Positions 51,706 to 63,807 of a stretch of DNA of 64,000 bases are shown here, piece after piece; position 1 is the stretch's first letter, and each line of letters opens with the position of its first letter. Source of the DNA: Octopus sinensis (lineage: Eukaryota); contig NC_042999.1 of NCBI RefSeq assembly GCF_006345805.1, positions 89,466,001-89,530,000 on the forward strand. The letters are read 5' to 3'. Position numbers and translations under genes: made by a program. Below the pieces are notes generated by a model that made no database searches, had not been told where the DNA came from, and saw only the letters and a list, made by a program, of their open reading frames with translations.

Positions 51706-53599
51706 TCCTTCAATACGTTGGATATACAGATTTCACGAAGCGGAGATAGACACAACTGTTTTCACACGACGTACTTGAAATTACTCTACTAAACACGATA
51801 CTCTAATAAATACAAACTCTCAACGATCTCAGCGACTTCCTACGACTCCAAGAACTCTCAACGATTCCTACGACCCACTTCGTCTCAACCAATACGCTAT
51901 TCTTTATAAGAGTTCGGCTAGTCAATTCTTCCAGTCCAACAGGAAGTTAAATATTCATTCCGTTTAGGCACTACTTCCAACCGTTCTGTTTGTTTACTTG
52001 CTACTACGCCTAGGTTCGACTGCCTGTGGAGTTGTAACATCAAAAGTGTCGTAGAGCACTTCCATCTGTATTTCTTTTTCCGCATTTTTAAAAATCAGTC
52101 TTGATAGAGAATCTGCATGGCCTAATTTCTTGGATGGTATATACTCCATCTTGAAATCGTAGTTTAATAATATTGTAGCCTAGCGCTGAAACCTGTTAGC
52201 AGTATAGGTAGGAATTCCTTTTTTCGACCTTCGATAATAACGGTAGGTGATCAGTTTGTAGCCGAAAACTTCTACCGTGCAAAAATCTATAAAGTTTTTT
52301 CACTGCAAAAATGACCGCGAGAGCTTTTTCGATTTGACTATAATTCTTCTCTGGTGATACCAGAGAAGGTGAGGCATGAACCATCGCCTTCATGTTGCTA
52401 TCTTTATATTTATGTAGCATTATTGCTCCTACACCGTACTCAGAAGCGTTTGAAGCTACAACAATCTCCGCTACAAGATCGAAATGGGCTAACGACAAAT
52501 CAGATATTAATATTTCTTAAAATTTCGTCAAATACCTTTTGGCAATTTTCTGACCAATTCCATTTCATATCTTTTTTCAGCAAATTATTTAGTGGAGCCC
52601 TAACCTTATTTGGGATATAATTTTGGTAATAATTTTCCAGTCCCAAAAATGCTTATAAGGTTGCTATATTAGTCGGAGGAAGCATATCTTTAATTGCGTC
52701 TGCCCTCGACGGGTCAGGTTGTCATCTATTTCTGTAAATGATTTGCCCTAAATATCTTATTTCCGGTAAGAAAAACCCACGTTTTTTATTCACTCAAGAT
52801 AAAGCCATAATTCTTAATTTTTTCAAATACATATTTTACGTCCGATGTATTGACAGTTAAAACATTTTAAAGCTTAAAACGGACAAATATTTTTTTAAAT
52901 GTAGACCTCCACACCCATAGCATGGATTGGGTCTAGATTTTCGTTTTTCTTTTTCTTTAACTGTTGCAGGTCGACACGCAAGTATGTGAGAGTAATATTT
53001 TTCTTCGATATTATTTGCATCAATTCGTAGATTAATAATTTTCTGACTTTCCTCTGCCACTGCCTGCAGAGTCAAATTCTGGTCCTGTTCTAATTTTGTC
53101 AGTAACCGGATACGTATCTCTTCATCTTTGCTTGCAGTTAACAAATTAGACATTTAAATATGTCCAGGATTAATTCTTTTAGTTTGAATTTTTCACTTTC
53201 TCGATTGACGATTCCGGCATAGGTGACGAAATCTTTATCAACTTTTTTATTAAATTCAAACACTCCCAACTAGTATTGAGCAGTGAACATCTTTCACGGA
53301 AAATTTTCGATAACAATTTAATTGTTTAATCGAAACAAATTTCACATGGTTTCTTTGGTAGAATGTAGTTACTGTATTTCTTGTGTTCGGCAGGTGATAA
53401 TTTTCTTAAAAGTAGTCGTACCTTTTCATTATCCGTCCAACTTTCGCATTCCTCTTTGAAGATTTCTTTCTATCTTCGGAACTACGCAGAAAAAGTAATA
53501 CCTTCTTGGTTATAATTAAATTCTGCAGTTGCGTTTGCTACACCGTCTGGCGAGAACGAACCTGAAGTATTTTTTGGACTTCAGCATTAATTCAGCAAC

Positions 53600-53634
<35 letters not shown>

Positions 53635-54070
53635 TTGTAATTGCTGCTGTAACTGTTGTTACAATTGCTGCTGTAACTGTTGTTGCTGTTGCTGCTGTTG
53701 CAACTGCACCACTGAAGTTAATAAGTCTTCCACGTTAACTAATTTTTCTTTGATTTTGTATCAAAAGAAAATGTTAACGTCCGACGTAAGCTTCGAATAA
53801 ACTCGTCGCCACTTTTATTGCCTTCTATACGTTGGATATAGAGATTTCACGAAGCGGGGAGAGACACAACTGTCTTCACACGACGTACTTCAAATTACTC
53901 CACTAAACACGATATTCCAATAAATGCAAACTCTCAACGTTCTCAACGACATCCTACGACTTCCACGAACTCTCAGCGACTCCTACGACTCAACCAATGC
54001 GCTACTCCTTATAAGAGTTCGGCTTGTACATTCTTCCAATCTCATGGAGGTGTCAATGACTGTCGCCACA
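51706..54070 (-). mobile_element. Ty3/Gypsy (K02A2.6/Mag-like) provirus remnant
   Basis: Two homologous LTRs (about 51706-52039 and 53819-54070). PBS-like tggcgacgag. gag with LLLRKLSP and a CYGCGGLH knuckle, RT tail, RNase H (NYSQIEK, LQTDH) and HADSLSRL. Protease, most of RT and integrase deleted. Confidence 0.9.
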
Positions 54071-55078
54071 ACAATACGTACATGATTTAAATAGCTATCA
54101 ATTTAAAACCCAACAGACCAGAAAATGTTGTGTGGACCACGAGAAAAAAATGTGCTCTGTTGTGAAAATCAGCTGCGCTCTGGACCCAATGTCAACAGAA
54201 AAATACAGAGCAAAAGGAATTGCGTATGGATCATAGATAAGGGTTTGCAAATCCAGTATCCTATATACACGTTCAGTTTTATAACTAACAATATTGGAGC
54301 AAAAGGATACGTACCGACATGTTTGGACCAAAGTATGGATGAAACATGGGTTCTTTCGGAGAGAAAGCAATCCCGTAATTCATACACTACAAATAATCGC
54401 GATATCTGTGGCAATAAAAATCTGCTAGATCTAAAGATTCAAAGGATGATGAACAAAACGAGATTGTTTCCTTAACAATTTTGCTTCGAAGCAGGTGACC
54501 TGTCAAAATTAACTCTAAATCAAAAATAAAAATAAAACATAGAAGTCATTCATATCAACATGGTGTGCAGCCTTTCTTGGACTCATGACAGCTACATCAC
54601 ATCACACTTCGAAAGTTATGCATCAGTAATCCAAGGGAAGCATACAGCAATATAATACCTAATAAACTAGTCACTTTAAAACAATAATAATTGGTGTACT
54701 TGGTTTTGTTAGTAAATGCTTTGGTGACAATCTGGTGAAACTAGGGTTTTCAGTCAAAGAAATCAACCAGCTAACACGCGTATTACAAATGCAATACGTA
54801 AGCAGAACAGTAAAAATACATGAGTTTTCTCAAGTTCAACATGTAACATTGTTTCTGTTAATTATATTCTAACGAAGGAGATCTATATTTTTAGTAGAAA
54901 CCAGTTCCCTCTCTAAAGGAATACTTCAAATAATAAAAAATAGAAATGAACATACATGACTTTTTTTAATTAGTTTTGCGTGATTTTTGAGCAGATATTG
55001 GTATACATTAGAAAGTTATTTTGCAAGTAACAAACACATGCATTCGATTCTTTTCATTATTATTATTATTATTCAACT

Positions 55079-55250
55079 AAGGCGGCGGGCTGGCAGAATC
55101 GTTAGTACGCCGGACAAAATGTTTAGCGGCATTTTTTCCAAGTTCACGTTCTAAGTTCAAATGCCGCCGAGGTCGACTTTGCCTTTCGTCTTTTCGGTGC
55201 CAAGCACTAGGTTCGATGTATTCGGCTCACTCCTCCCACCAAATTCCAGG
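55079..55250 (+). mobile_element. SINE family A
   Basis: Same consensus. Confidence 0.85.
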
Positions 55251-55689
55251 ATTATTTTTATTCAACTAGTTAAAAGTAATTTAACTAATTGATTGCTTGA
55301 CTAATCGTTTGATCGATCAAGTAATTAGTTGGTTGGAGTGTTTCTTCACTATTTGCGTCTTCATCAGTGACATGTTCTCTTCTACTGCAGATCTGTCATA
55401 ACTTACTTCAGGTCTGTCACTGTCTTTCTTGACTAGAGTTAGCATTAAGATTACAATTATTGTTGGTGGTGCTGAATGAGACATTAAACTACATGTGTTT
55501 GTGAGGCTTCACTTCAGGAGTTCAGAGGTTTTGAGTTGTATAGAGTTATTCCATAGTCACCACTACTTCCAGGTTCACCCTGACTCGGGATATGAAAAGT
55601 TTCCACTTATAGATCAAATGACAGAAGATCGCTCTGTGGTTAAGGTTAAGGTACTCAGGGCTTAGTTGGGCTCTAAACATGTCACACAG

Positions 55690-55750
55690 GCCCACAAATG
55701 TAGGGAATGCTGAAATGTCACGTGGACCGGTACCCCTGCATAAGGGTTAA
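55690..55750. mobile_element. Possible piggyBac-like terminus
   Basis: Ends AAGGG|TTAA with palindromic subterminal sequence. No partner end found. Confidence 0.3.
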
Positions 55751-55756
55751 ATATGT

Positions 55757-56901
55757 CCTGCGCCTCAAAGGAGAGCTCGGGAGAGTAAATAACTTGCAGA
55801 CTGTTGTATCTTTCCAAAGAAAATCCATAAAACTTCAGATTTTGGCATGGCAGCCCATGATTGTCGACACCTGCCCATCGAGACTAATGTTATTTTTACA
55901 CCACAAACCGTCCGCAACCGTTTGAGAGAATTTAGACTACATGGACGAATCGCTAGGAAAAAGCCAATAATATCCGAAAGAAATCGACTCAAACGCCTTA
56001 ATTTCGCAAAAAGCCATGCTTAATGGACTGCCGAAGATTGGTGCCGGGTCATTTGGAGTGACGAGTCACGCTTCTGTATATTTGGATCAGGTGGTAAAAC
56101 ATACGTCAGACGTCGCCCAACCGAGGAATTCCATCCGAAATGCGTGAAAAAGACGGCGCAAGCGAGGGGTGGAGATGTGATGGTGTGGGCGGCATTTAGT
56201 AGCTTTGGTGTTGGCCCTCTAGTTACAATTGATGGAAAGCTAAATAGTGTAGGTTATATGAATCTAATAAAGGATAATGTGCCATATTTGACTCACCAAA
56301 TGCCTCCGGGGGCTATTTATCAGCAGGACAATAGTCCTGTGCACAAATCCAAAAAGGTTACGGAATTTTTTGATCTCCATAATATTGACGTAATCGAATG
56401 GCCTCTCCAGAGCCCCGGACCTGAATCCGATCGAGAACTTATGGAATTATATTTCCAAAAAAGTCCATGTTAAAAAGCCATCTAATCTAAAACGATTATT
56501 CGATTATATTCAATGAAACATGGCGAAACATTCCCATAGAATTTTGTAATCACTTAGCGAATTCAATGCCGAGGCGTTGTTCAGCCGTTATTAAGAATAA
56601 AGGCTACGGCACAAAGTACTAATATGTATTTCGTTTTTGTTGCTACAATCTTAAGCTTTAAATAAAATTATAATGATACGGTCTTAAACTAATTTTGCCG
56701 GTAAATTTGAAACGTTAATATTAATTTAGCGTTAGAATTCTTCAAGTTGTATAAAAATAGTTATTGTCTGCATCATTCAAAAAAGAAAGAAATTCTGCAT
56801 AAGGTGTAAAAAGATAACAATAATTTGTATGGTGTTAGTAACAAAATATTTTGTAAGAAATAGAACTTCTATCATCGGTCTTAAATTTATTTTCGCCAGT
56901 G
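55757..56901 (+). mobile_element. Tc1 (DD34E) transposon, 5'-truncated, IR/DR-type right TIR
   Basis: WSDESRF, VMVWAAF, QQDN and WP-QSP-DLNPIENLW (frameshifted) motifs; stop at about 56621. Inner repeat near 56678 and outer repeat near 56875, ending ccagtg|TA. Confidence 0.92.
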
Positions 56902-56989
56902 TATATATATATATATATATATACAGAATGTGCTATTATTATATAAAGCCAATATGTCAATATAATAAATCTCTTTGTTTCTGTTACAG

Positions 56990-57060
56990 GTTAAAACAGA
57001 TTGCTTTATTACTTTTCTTTCTTTGTCGGACGATGGCCAGAAGTACTAAAGGAAAAGACG
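56990..57060 (+). CDS. Chordin-family gene, signal-peptide exon (LKQIALLLFFLCRTMARSTKGKD)
   Basis: Strong acceptor ctctttgtttctgttacag|G and donor ACG|gtaagc. 71 nt = 1 + 23 codons + 1. Basic residue followed by a hydrophobic run fits a signal peptide. The phase-1 donor joins in frame to the 63808 exon (KGKD-V-PEVC). Confidence 0.8.
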
Positions 57061-57639
57061 GTAAGCTAGTTATTCTCATTAGTAAATTCTTGCGAAATAT
57101 TAATAGTAACCGGTTGTGATTGTAATTTTTGTTATTATTATGCCTACAAAGAATAACCTAACATTGTAATGGAGGCACTTAATTATAAAAGCTAGTCTTT
57201 AAAAAGCTATTTAACTGTTTAACATCAACTGATTAAGTGCTGACATATTTTTTCTTTTTTTTTACCAATGTTTGTATTTTTGCCGATTTACATCGGCAAA
57301 AGTTATCTAGAATGGCACTGCACAGTTCCATTTACTAAATTCTATATACAATATATTAGTCAACCTGAGACTATGATAGAAGAAACTTGTCTAAAGTGCC
57401 GCGTAGTGAGATCGAACTCGTTAAAGCACTTCAGAAACTGTTTTAAATATTTAAATATACCTGTCCTTGTTACAAGAGAAGATGATAAATCGGGGTGGCT
57501 AGGAAAGGATGGTACACGGTTTGCCACTTCGAAAAAGCAGAAACCATTAAGACGCACCAGATAGAGAGGGGTGGAGAGAGGGGAAGGAGAAAAACAGAGA
57601 GAGAGAGTGTATATATCTATAGATCATCGTTGTCAACAC

Positions 57640-57831
57640 CAGTGCTTCGCAAACTATCTGATGTGGTGTGCTGGCAGTTTGTTTTTTTTTCCAATGTGCC
57701 AGTAAACAAATAATACAATATTACATAAGCATTTTATGAGCATGTTTCTTAACTGGAAACTCACCGAGTACCGACAGCTGATGGCTCGCGGACCGGCACC
57801 GGTCCGTGGTCCACCACTTTGAATAGCACTG
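57640..57831. mobile_element. hAT MITE
   Basis: cagtgct...agcactg termini and a subterminal hairpin gcggaccggcaccggtccgt. Confidence 0.7.
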
Positions 57832-57914
57832 GCTACACGACGAAAATAAAGTTCGTTATGTAGACGATTGTCAAAAAAAAAAAATATTTCAATTATTTTC
57901 TTCTAATTATATCT

Positions 57915-58080
57915 TTTATTCTTTTACTGCGTTCAGTCATTGAACTGCTGCCATGCTATGACATCGGCATCAAAGGTTTAGGCGATCATATCGACCCCAG
58001 GACTTATTACAGTCTCATACTTATTTTATTGGAGCATAACATAAACAATATAAACAACATGAACAACATCGGTTTTAATT
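57915..58080 (-). mobile_element. SINE family B, degraded 3' module
   Basis: ttcagtcattgaactgc...atcgaccccaggacttatt. Confidence 0.7.
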
Positions 58081-58126
58081 CTATGTAAAGAAAAAAGACA
58101 CGCACACACTTCGACGACATAAATAT

Positions 58127-58172
<46 letters not shown>

Positions 58173-58179
58173 ATATATA

Positions 58180-58340
58180 TGGAGAATTCACAAAAAGACA
58201 AAGGACGAAGACATGTGGTGTAGACAACAAACAGATGTATTAGTATAACGCTCGGGAAGTGAAAAAGTCTTTAACGTTTCGAGTCTACGCTCTTCCACAG
58301 AAAGGAACACAGATAGAAACAAGGAGAGAAAATAAAGAAA
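58180..58340 (-). mobile_element. Penelope-like short repeat, family H3
   Basis: Hammerhead-like motif with a T-rich 3' tail ending in (TA)n. Same architecture as H1 with different sequence. Confidence 0.5.
58269..58304 (-). ncRNA. Minimal type I hammerhead-like motif (A6U core variant)
   Basis: Minus strand reads cttt CTGTGGA A GAG cgtaga CTC GAAA CGTT aaag. All stems pair; core position 6 deviates. Confidence 0.6.
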
Positions 58341-58431
58341 GCTAAATAGTGTAGGTTATATGAATCTAATAAAGGATAATGTGCCATATTTGATCTATCA
58401 TCACACACACACACACACATATATATATATA

Positions 58432-58594
58432 GGAATAGGAGTGGCTGTATTGTAAGGTGCTTGCTTACCAACCATATGGTTCCGGGTTTAGTCCCACTTT
58501 GCGGCATCTTGGGCAAGTGTTTTCCACTATAGCTTCAGGCCGACCAAAGCCTTGTGAGTGGATTTGGTAGACGGAAACTGAAAGAAGCCTGTCT

Positions 58595-58625
<31 letters not shown>

Positions 58626-58831
58626 CTGTCTGTATTCCTCCCCACCGCCATCACTTGACATTCGATGCTCGTGTGTTTACGTACCCGTAACTTAGCAGTT
58701 CGGCCAAAGAGACCAACAGAATAAGTATTAGGCTTACAAAGAATGAGTCCTGGGATCTAAAGGCGGTGTTCCAGCATGGCCACAGTCAAATGACTGAAAT
58801 GAATTAAAGAATATATATATATATATTATAT

Positions 58832-58875
<44 letters not shown>

Positions 58876-58978
58876 CGCAGGAGTGGCATCTTGGGCAAGT
58901 GTCTTCTGCTATAGCCCCGGGCCAACCAAAGCCTTGTGAGTGGATTTGGTAGACGGAAACTGAAAGAAGCCTGTCGTA

Positions 58979-59033
<55 letters not shown>

Positions 59034-59422
59034 ATGTGTGTGTTTGTTTGTGTGTGTGTGTTTGTCCCCCTAGCATTGCTTGACAACCGATGCTTCTGTG
59101 TTTACGTCCCCGTCACTTAGCGGTTCGGCAAAAGAGACCGGTAGAATAAGTACTGGGCTTACAAAGAATAAGTCCCGGGGTCGACTTGCTCGACTAAAGG
59201 TGGTGCTCCAGCATGGCCGCAGTCAAATGACTGAAACAAGTAAAAGAAAAAAAGAAAAAGAATATATATATATATATATGGTTGGGAAGTATATATATAT
59301 ATATACTTCCCAACCACATGGTTCCGGGTTCAGTCCCACTGCGTGGCACCTTAAGCAAGTGTCTTGGGCCGTCCCAAGCCTTGAGACAGGATTTGGTAGA
59401 CAGAAACTGAAAGAAGCTTGTC

Positions 59423-59487
<65 letters not shown>

Positions 59488-59725
59488 TGTGTGTGTGTGT
59501 GTGGTGTGTGTGTGTGTGTATTTATGTGTGTGTGTCTGTGTTTACCACTCCACTCCCGCCATCGCATGACATCGATGCTGGCGAGTTTGTGTCCCTGTAA
59601 CTTGGCGGTTCGGCGAAGTTACCGATAGAATAAGTTCTGGGTTTGATTTCTTTGACTAAAATCCTTTAAGACGGTGCTCCAGCATGGCTGCAGTCAAATG
59701 ACTGAAGAAAGTAAACGAATAAAAT
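58432..59725 (+). mobile_element. Three tandem SINE family B copies
   Basis: Copies at about 58432-58810, 58873-59250 and 59281-59725, separated by (TA)n. Confidence 0.9.
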
Positions 59726-59981
59726 TGAATGTATGTATGTATGTATGTATGTATGTATGCATGTATGCATGTATGTATACGCACACGCACACTGTTAACA
59801 AGTAAGACGACATTTGTCCATTGAATTTCAAACGAAGCGATCTCCTCAGTTACACACCAAATTCTCTTACATTTTTATTCTGTATATTTACTTGACACTT
59901 TCTTGTTCTTTAATTTACTGTATAATAAAATGTGCGTATTATATATGAACGAATATTTTTCGGTCAAAATAAAGTACGCGC

Positions 59982-60029
<48 letters not shown>

Positions 60030-60850
60030 TGTAACGTGTCTGTATTTGAAATATATGGATGTGTACATGTGAGCATAATTCGATTTGACTTTACCAGTTA
60101 CTGTCATTTCAGTGTTGAGAAATTGTTTTGTATTCGTCTGTAGCAACAGGGCTCGTATATCTTCAATCGTAAGTTTCTTTGTTTGCATATGTCTGGGGCA
60201 CAAATTTATATTCGACAATTTCAAGTATCCCATCAACCAAGACTAAATTTTCTATTATCTCTTTAGACACTTTGGCGGCTATTATAAGACACCCCTAATG
60301 TTTCAGTGTTTTCTCGAGAGAAATCCGATAGTGACGGGCAAGCATATAAAACTGAAGAAACGCCAGCTTTCTGTCAGTCATGGGACGGCTGCTTAGCAGT
60401 ATATACAGTGTCCAGTTCAGTGGAGTTGTACAACTTATTTGCCCGTCGACTTGTCAACTTCCGACCTATCTTCAATCCTTATTCGGCCCGACTAGACGAT
60501 GCCCACAGAGTATATATAAAAGGCGTTGAAGCGAATAATACGTTCAAGCTGGCTTCATTGAACAAACAAGCAAATTGATATCTTGTCTATCCCGGCAGTT
60601 TAATCAATTTTGTTTCGAAATTTAGAGCCTCGCGCCAAACTTAAGGTCGATCGGCTGCTACATTAAAAATAGTGGAGCCAGTCTTCACATACCAAAGTTT
60701 AGCTGTGTTCTATATTTCAGTTGTAATGATTCCAAATAATATGACAATTTGATTAGCAATTTTTTTTTAATATCCTGACACAGTAACTCACAAGATTTTA
60801 TAGCTTTCATAAAAATGAAATTATTATTTGCTGTTCTCTGAGGTCGGTAG

Positions 60851-60973
60851 AGAGCTAGAACTGTTAGTGCGTTGGACAAAATGCTGTGCAATAAGTATTT
60901 TTACGTTCTGAGTTCGTATTCCACCGAGGTCTACTTTGCTTTACATTCTTTCGAAGTTGAAAAAAAGAGTACC
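60851..60973 (+). mobile_element. SINE family A, degraded
   Basis: Same consensus, diverged. Confidence 0.7.
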
Positions 60974-62177
60974 TGTCAAATTCGGAGATCAGTATATGGG
61001 ACAAATCTATCGCCCATACTTCAGGTTACGAACAGTTATTTACAATTCTTACACTAAACAACTCTAAGGGTATTTTAGTCTCAACCCTCAGCGGTTAGTG
61101 TTCAAAGCCCAATATAAAGATCGTTTTGTACTTCGTTTCTCTAGCGAATCAATAATATATATCAACTAAAGCTCTCCTCTATAACAAATTGAGTTTGTGA
61201 TTGTTCTCAAAACAGAAGTAGAAGAATCGATAATGCATCGAATCAAATACTTTGCAGTATTTAAGTACATTCTTTTACGTTCTGGTAATCATGTAAGCCA
61301 ATGCTATGTTTATGGTCGGGCCATTCGTAAATAAACCGGTATCCACATGCCAGTCGCTGTGACGACTATAGAATCAATAAGTCGCGGCCTGTCCTTGCCC
61401 ACCCTCCGTAGTTATGGGTCACCAAGAGAGTGTTATTCAATAGCTGCAAAAACTATTACTGCTTAAATCCTTTACAAGCTGATCTATGATATAACGTATG
61501 TCGACTGTATACAATATCGATATCCGTTCGGGCTACCAAATATGGTGGCTGGTATCTCCCACGCAGAATAGTAGCGAAAGCTTCCCCAGGATACAAGAAA
61601 TGATGCTTTTATCAACACAATGGAATATTAAAATGGTGTTTGACAAAAGAGAAGCATATAACTCGTGACATTTTAGCTGGTAAAATACACCATCGACGTA
61701 GTTGTTCCCTGTAAACCAGACTGCAAGAGTACGACAAAATTGCAGATGCTCATTTGAAGTGTTAACACAACAGAACAGAAATGCATATACAGGAATGGTG
61801 TTTCCGGGGTTTTTAATTACTACCTCTTACGTTTTGAGTTCAAATCTAGCTGGAATATTTTCTTTTCTCCATAGCGGTGTGATTAAGAGGTTTACATCAT
61901 AGCAGCGTTGCTTAGAGGTCTAATCCAGTACGTGCCACCTTGCGTAGGTATTTTCTACTAAAAAACTGGCTTTGTTTATGTTATGTATCGCTACGTCCCA
62001 TAACTTACCAGTTTGATAACTAAAAATGGATAAAGTAAGTATTAGATTGAAACAAATACTGTGGTTGATATTATCAAACTAATCGCTTACGAACAGAGAC
62101 TTAGTATGGCAGACGTTGAAATCCTTTACAATTCAACTCTTTTCATCCACTCTCTCTCTATTAATTTGATTCCTCTA

Positions 62178-63251
62178 GGGGAGACCGGGTCTAGTTGTTA
62201 CACGGGTAAGTTGTTACAAGCCCATTGTTTCCAACTTCAATAAATAGGTGGCACTCGGGTCTCTACCTCGTGAAGGCCAACTCCATAGCATCATGACTGC
62301 ACATGTGTATTGCACTGGCAGGCTGTCACGATTTTTTACTCCAAAAGTGAAATTTTGCCACAAGGTTATTTTCTTAACTACTAAAGCACAAGTGGTGTTA
62401 CTGAAGTAGTTTGTGGCTCATTAGGAAGTGGTGGAAGTTGCCTTCGATACATGAAGGTGTGTCCTGGATGTCATGCATTGCTAGTGCTGTGTACGAGATA
62501 ATCCCCAGAAATCCATGGTCGGGGCTAATTGTTACAGTGCATCAACTTACCCCAGACATGTAACAACTTACCCCATCTATTTCAGTTTAACACACCTTGC
62601 CTAGAAATTACAAAAGGAAGACTACAAGGGGGGGGGGATACCCCTCCTGATGTCATGGAAAGAGACGCTAGAAAAGTTGTGGGTGAAAAGAAATTAATAC
62701 GGGATGTTGCCGTAAAACAGCGCATAGTGGATGAAATAAACGAACGGAAATCCAAACCAAAGGAGGCAACTGGTACAGAAAGGGCAACAAAGGGGAAGGG
62801 AAAGTCAACCAAAACAGGTAATGGGAAAGGAAAGCAGCCTCGCAGCAAGCAAGTCGCCGATTGGAAATGCCTTGTCTGCTCAGATTAATATTCCAACTTC
62901 CTTCTAGGTGAAGAATAGGTGCAATGCATGATCTGTAAAGACTGGGCACACACTGACTGTACCGATGGACGACAGGACTTTCTGTGTGATCTGTGTGGTG
63001 AGAAGTTAATGGAGGACGATTCCGACTAGATGGCACATGTAACAATGGGGAAATTGGCTGATGAGGACACTCAGTATCACAGTTAGGATATGAAGTGGTT
63101 CAAAGTACAGTTAATTAATTAAAATTACACTTCCTAGATGCAAGAAGCAGGCGACGTATTCATTTTAAACTTGTTTGTTAACATAACTCCAAGTTATCGA
63201 CAGTTGTAACAAAGTACCCCAGTAAGTGTCACAACGTACCCCGCATTTCTC
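62178..63251 (+). mobile_element. Pogo/Fot1-like transposon deletion derivative with C-terminal PHD finger
   Basis: TA|ggggagaccgg...gttgttaca termini with inverted copies at about 62560-62575 and 63205-63251. Disrupted CLVC...QCMICKDWAHTDC...CDLC (C4HC3). Confidence 0.75.
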
Positions 63252-63259
63252 AAAAATTC

Positions 63260-63675
63260 AGGCTGCAGGAGCACTAATTCTACAGAGAAAGCTATCATCT
63301 TCGTTGCCCACTTTAGATCCAACTTCTCACTGCGTGCACTTGGCATATCTCCTCCCGAATCTATCCCCTGCTAATCTATTAGGTACTCCACACATGACAA
63401 GTCCGAAAATTCCACCGATTGCTTCAGACCGAGGACACCTGCTCTGACAATGTCTCTTTCATTACCCTCAAATATTGTGCCCCACCAGCTAGTACAACTT
63501 ATAGAACCAGACCCACTGGTAACCTATTCTCCAAAGTTACCATGCTGTGGGCTCCCGCCTTAGAGAAATTTGATGAAAGTAGTATTGTCACCCCTCAACA
63601 TTAGCAAAGCTTTTGACTGTGTTTAGCATACGAATCTCCAATCAAAACTTCCTTCTTATAGGCTCTATCCATTTA

Positions 63676-63678
<3 letters not shown>
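63260..63678 (+). mobile_element. CR1-type LINE RT fragment
   Basis: RPTGNLFS...[11 protein letters not shown]...SKLPSYRL motifs, frameshifted. Confidence 0.75.
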
Positions 63679-63719
<41 letters not shown>

Positions 63720-63760
63720 GCGTGAGTGTGTGTTTGCGCGTGTGTGTGTGCGCGCGCACT
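63677..63760. repeat. (TG)n/(CG)n microsatellite close to the VWC exon acceptor
   Basis: Direct reading. Confidence 0.95.
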
Positions 63761-63807
63761 CGTGTACGCAATATGTGTACTTTTAACGATGTCTGTTTTC
63801 TTTTTAG

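Noticed and set aside
54098-54475. Overlapping 81-116 aa ORFs on both strands
   Set aside because: Non-ATG starts, no recognisable motif and no splice sites; probably decayed TE sequence.
60306-60578. 90-aa ORF as a nested gene
   Set aside because: GTG start and no recognisable domain. Kept only as a possible regulatory block.
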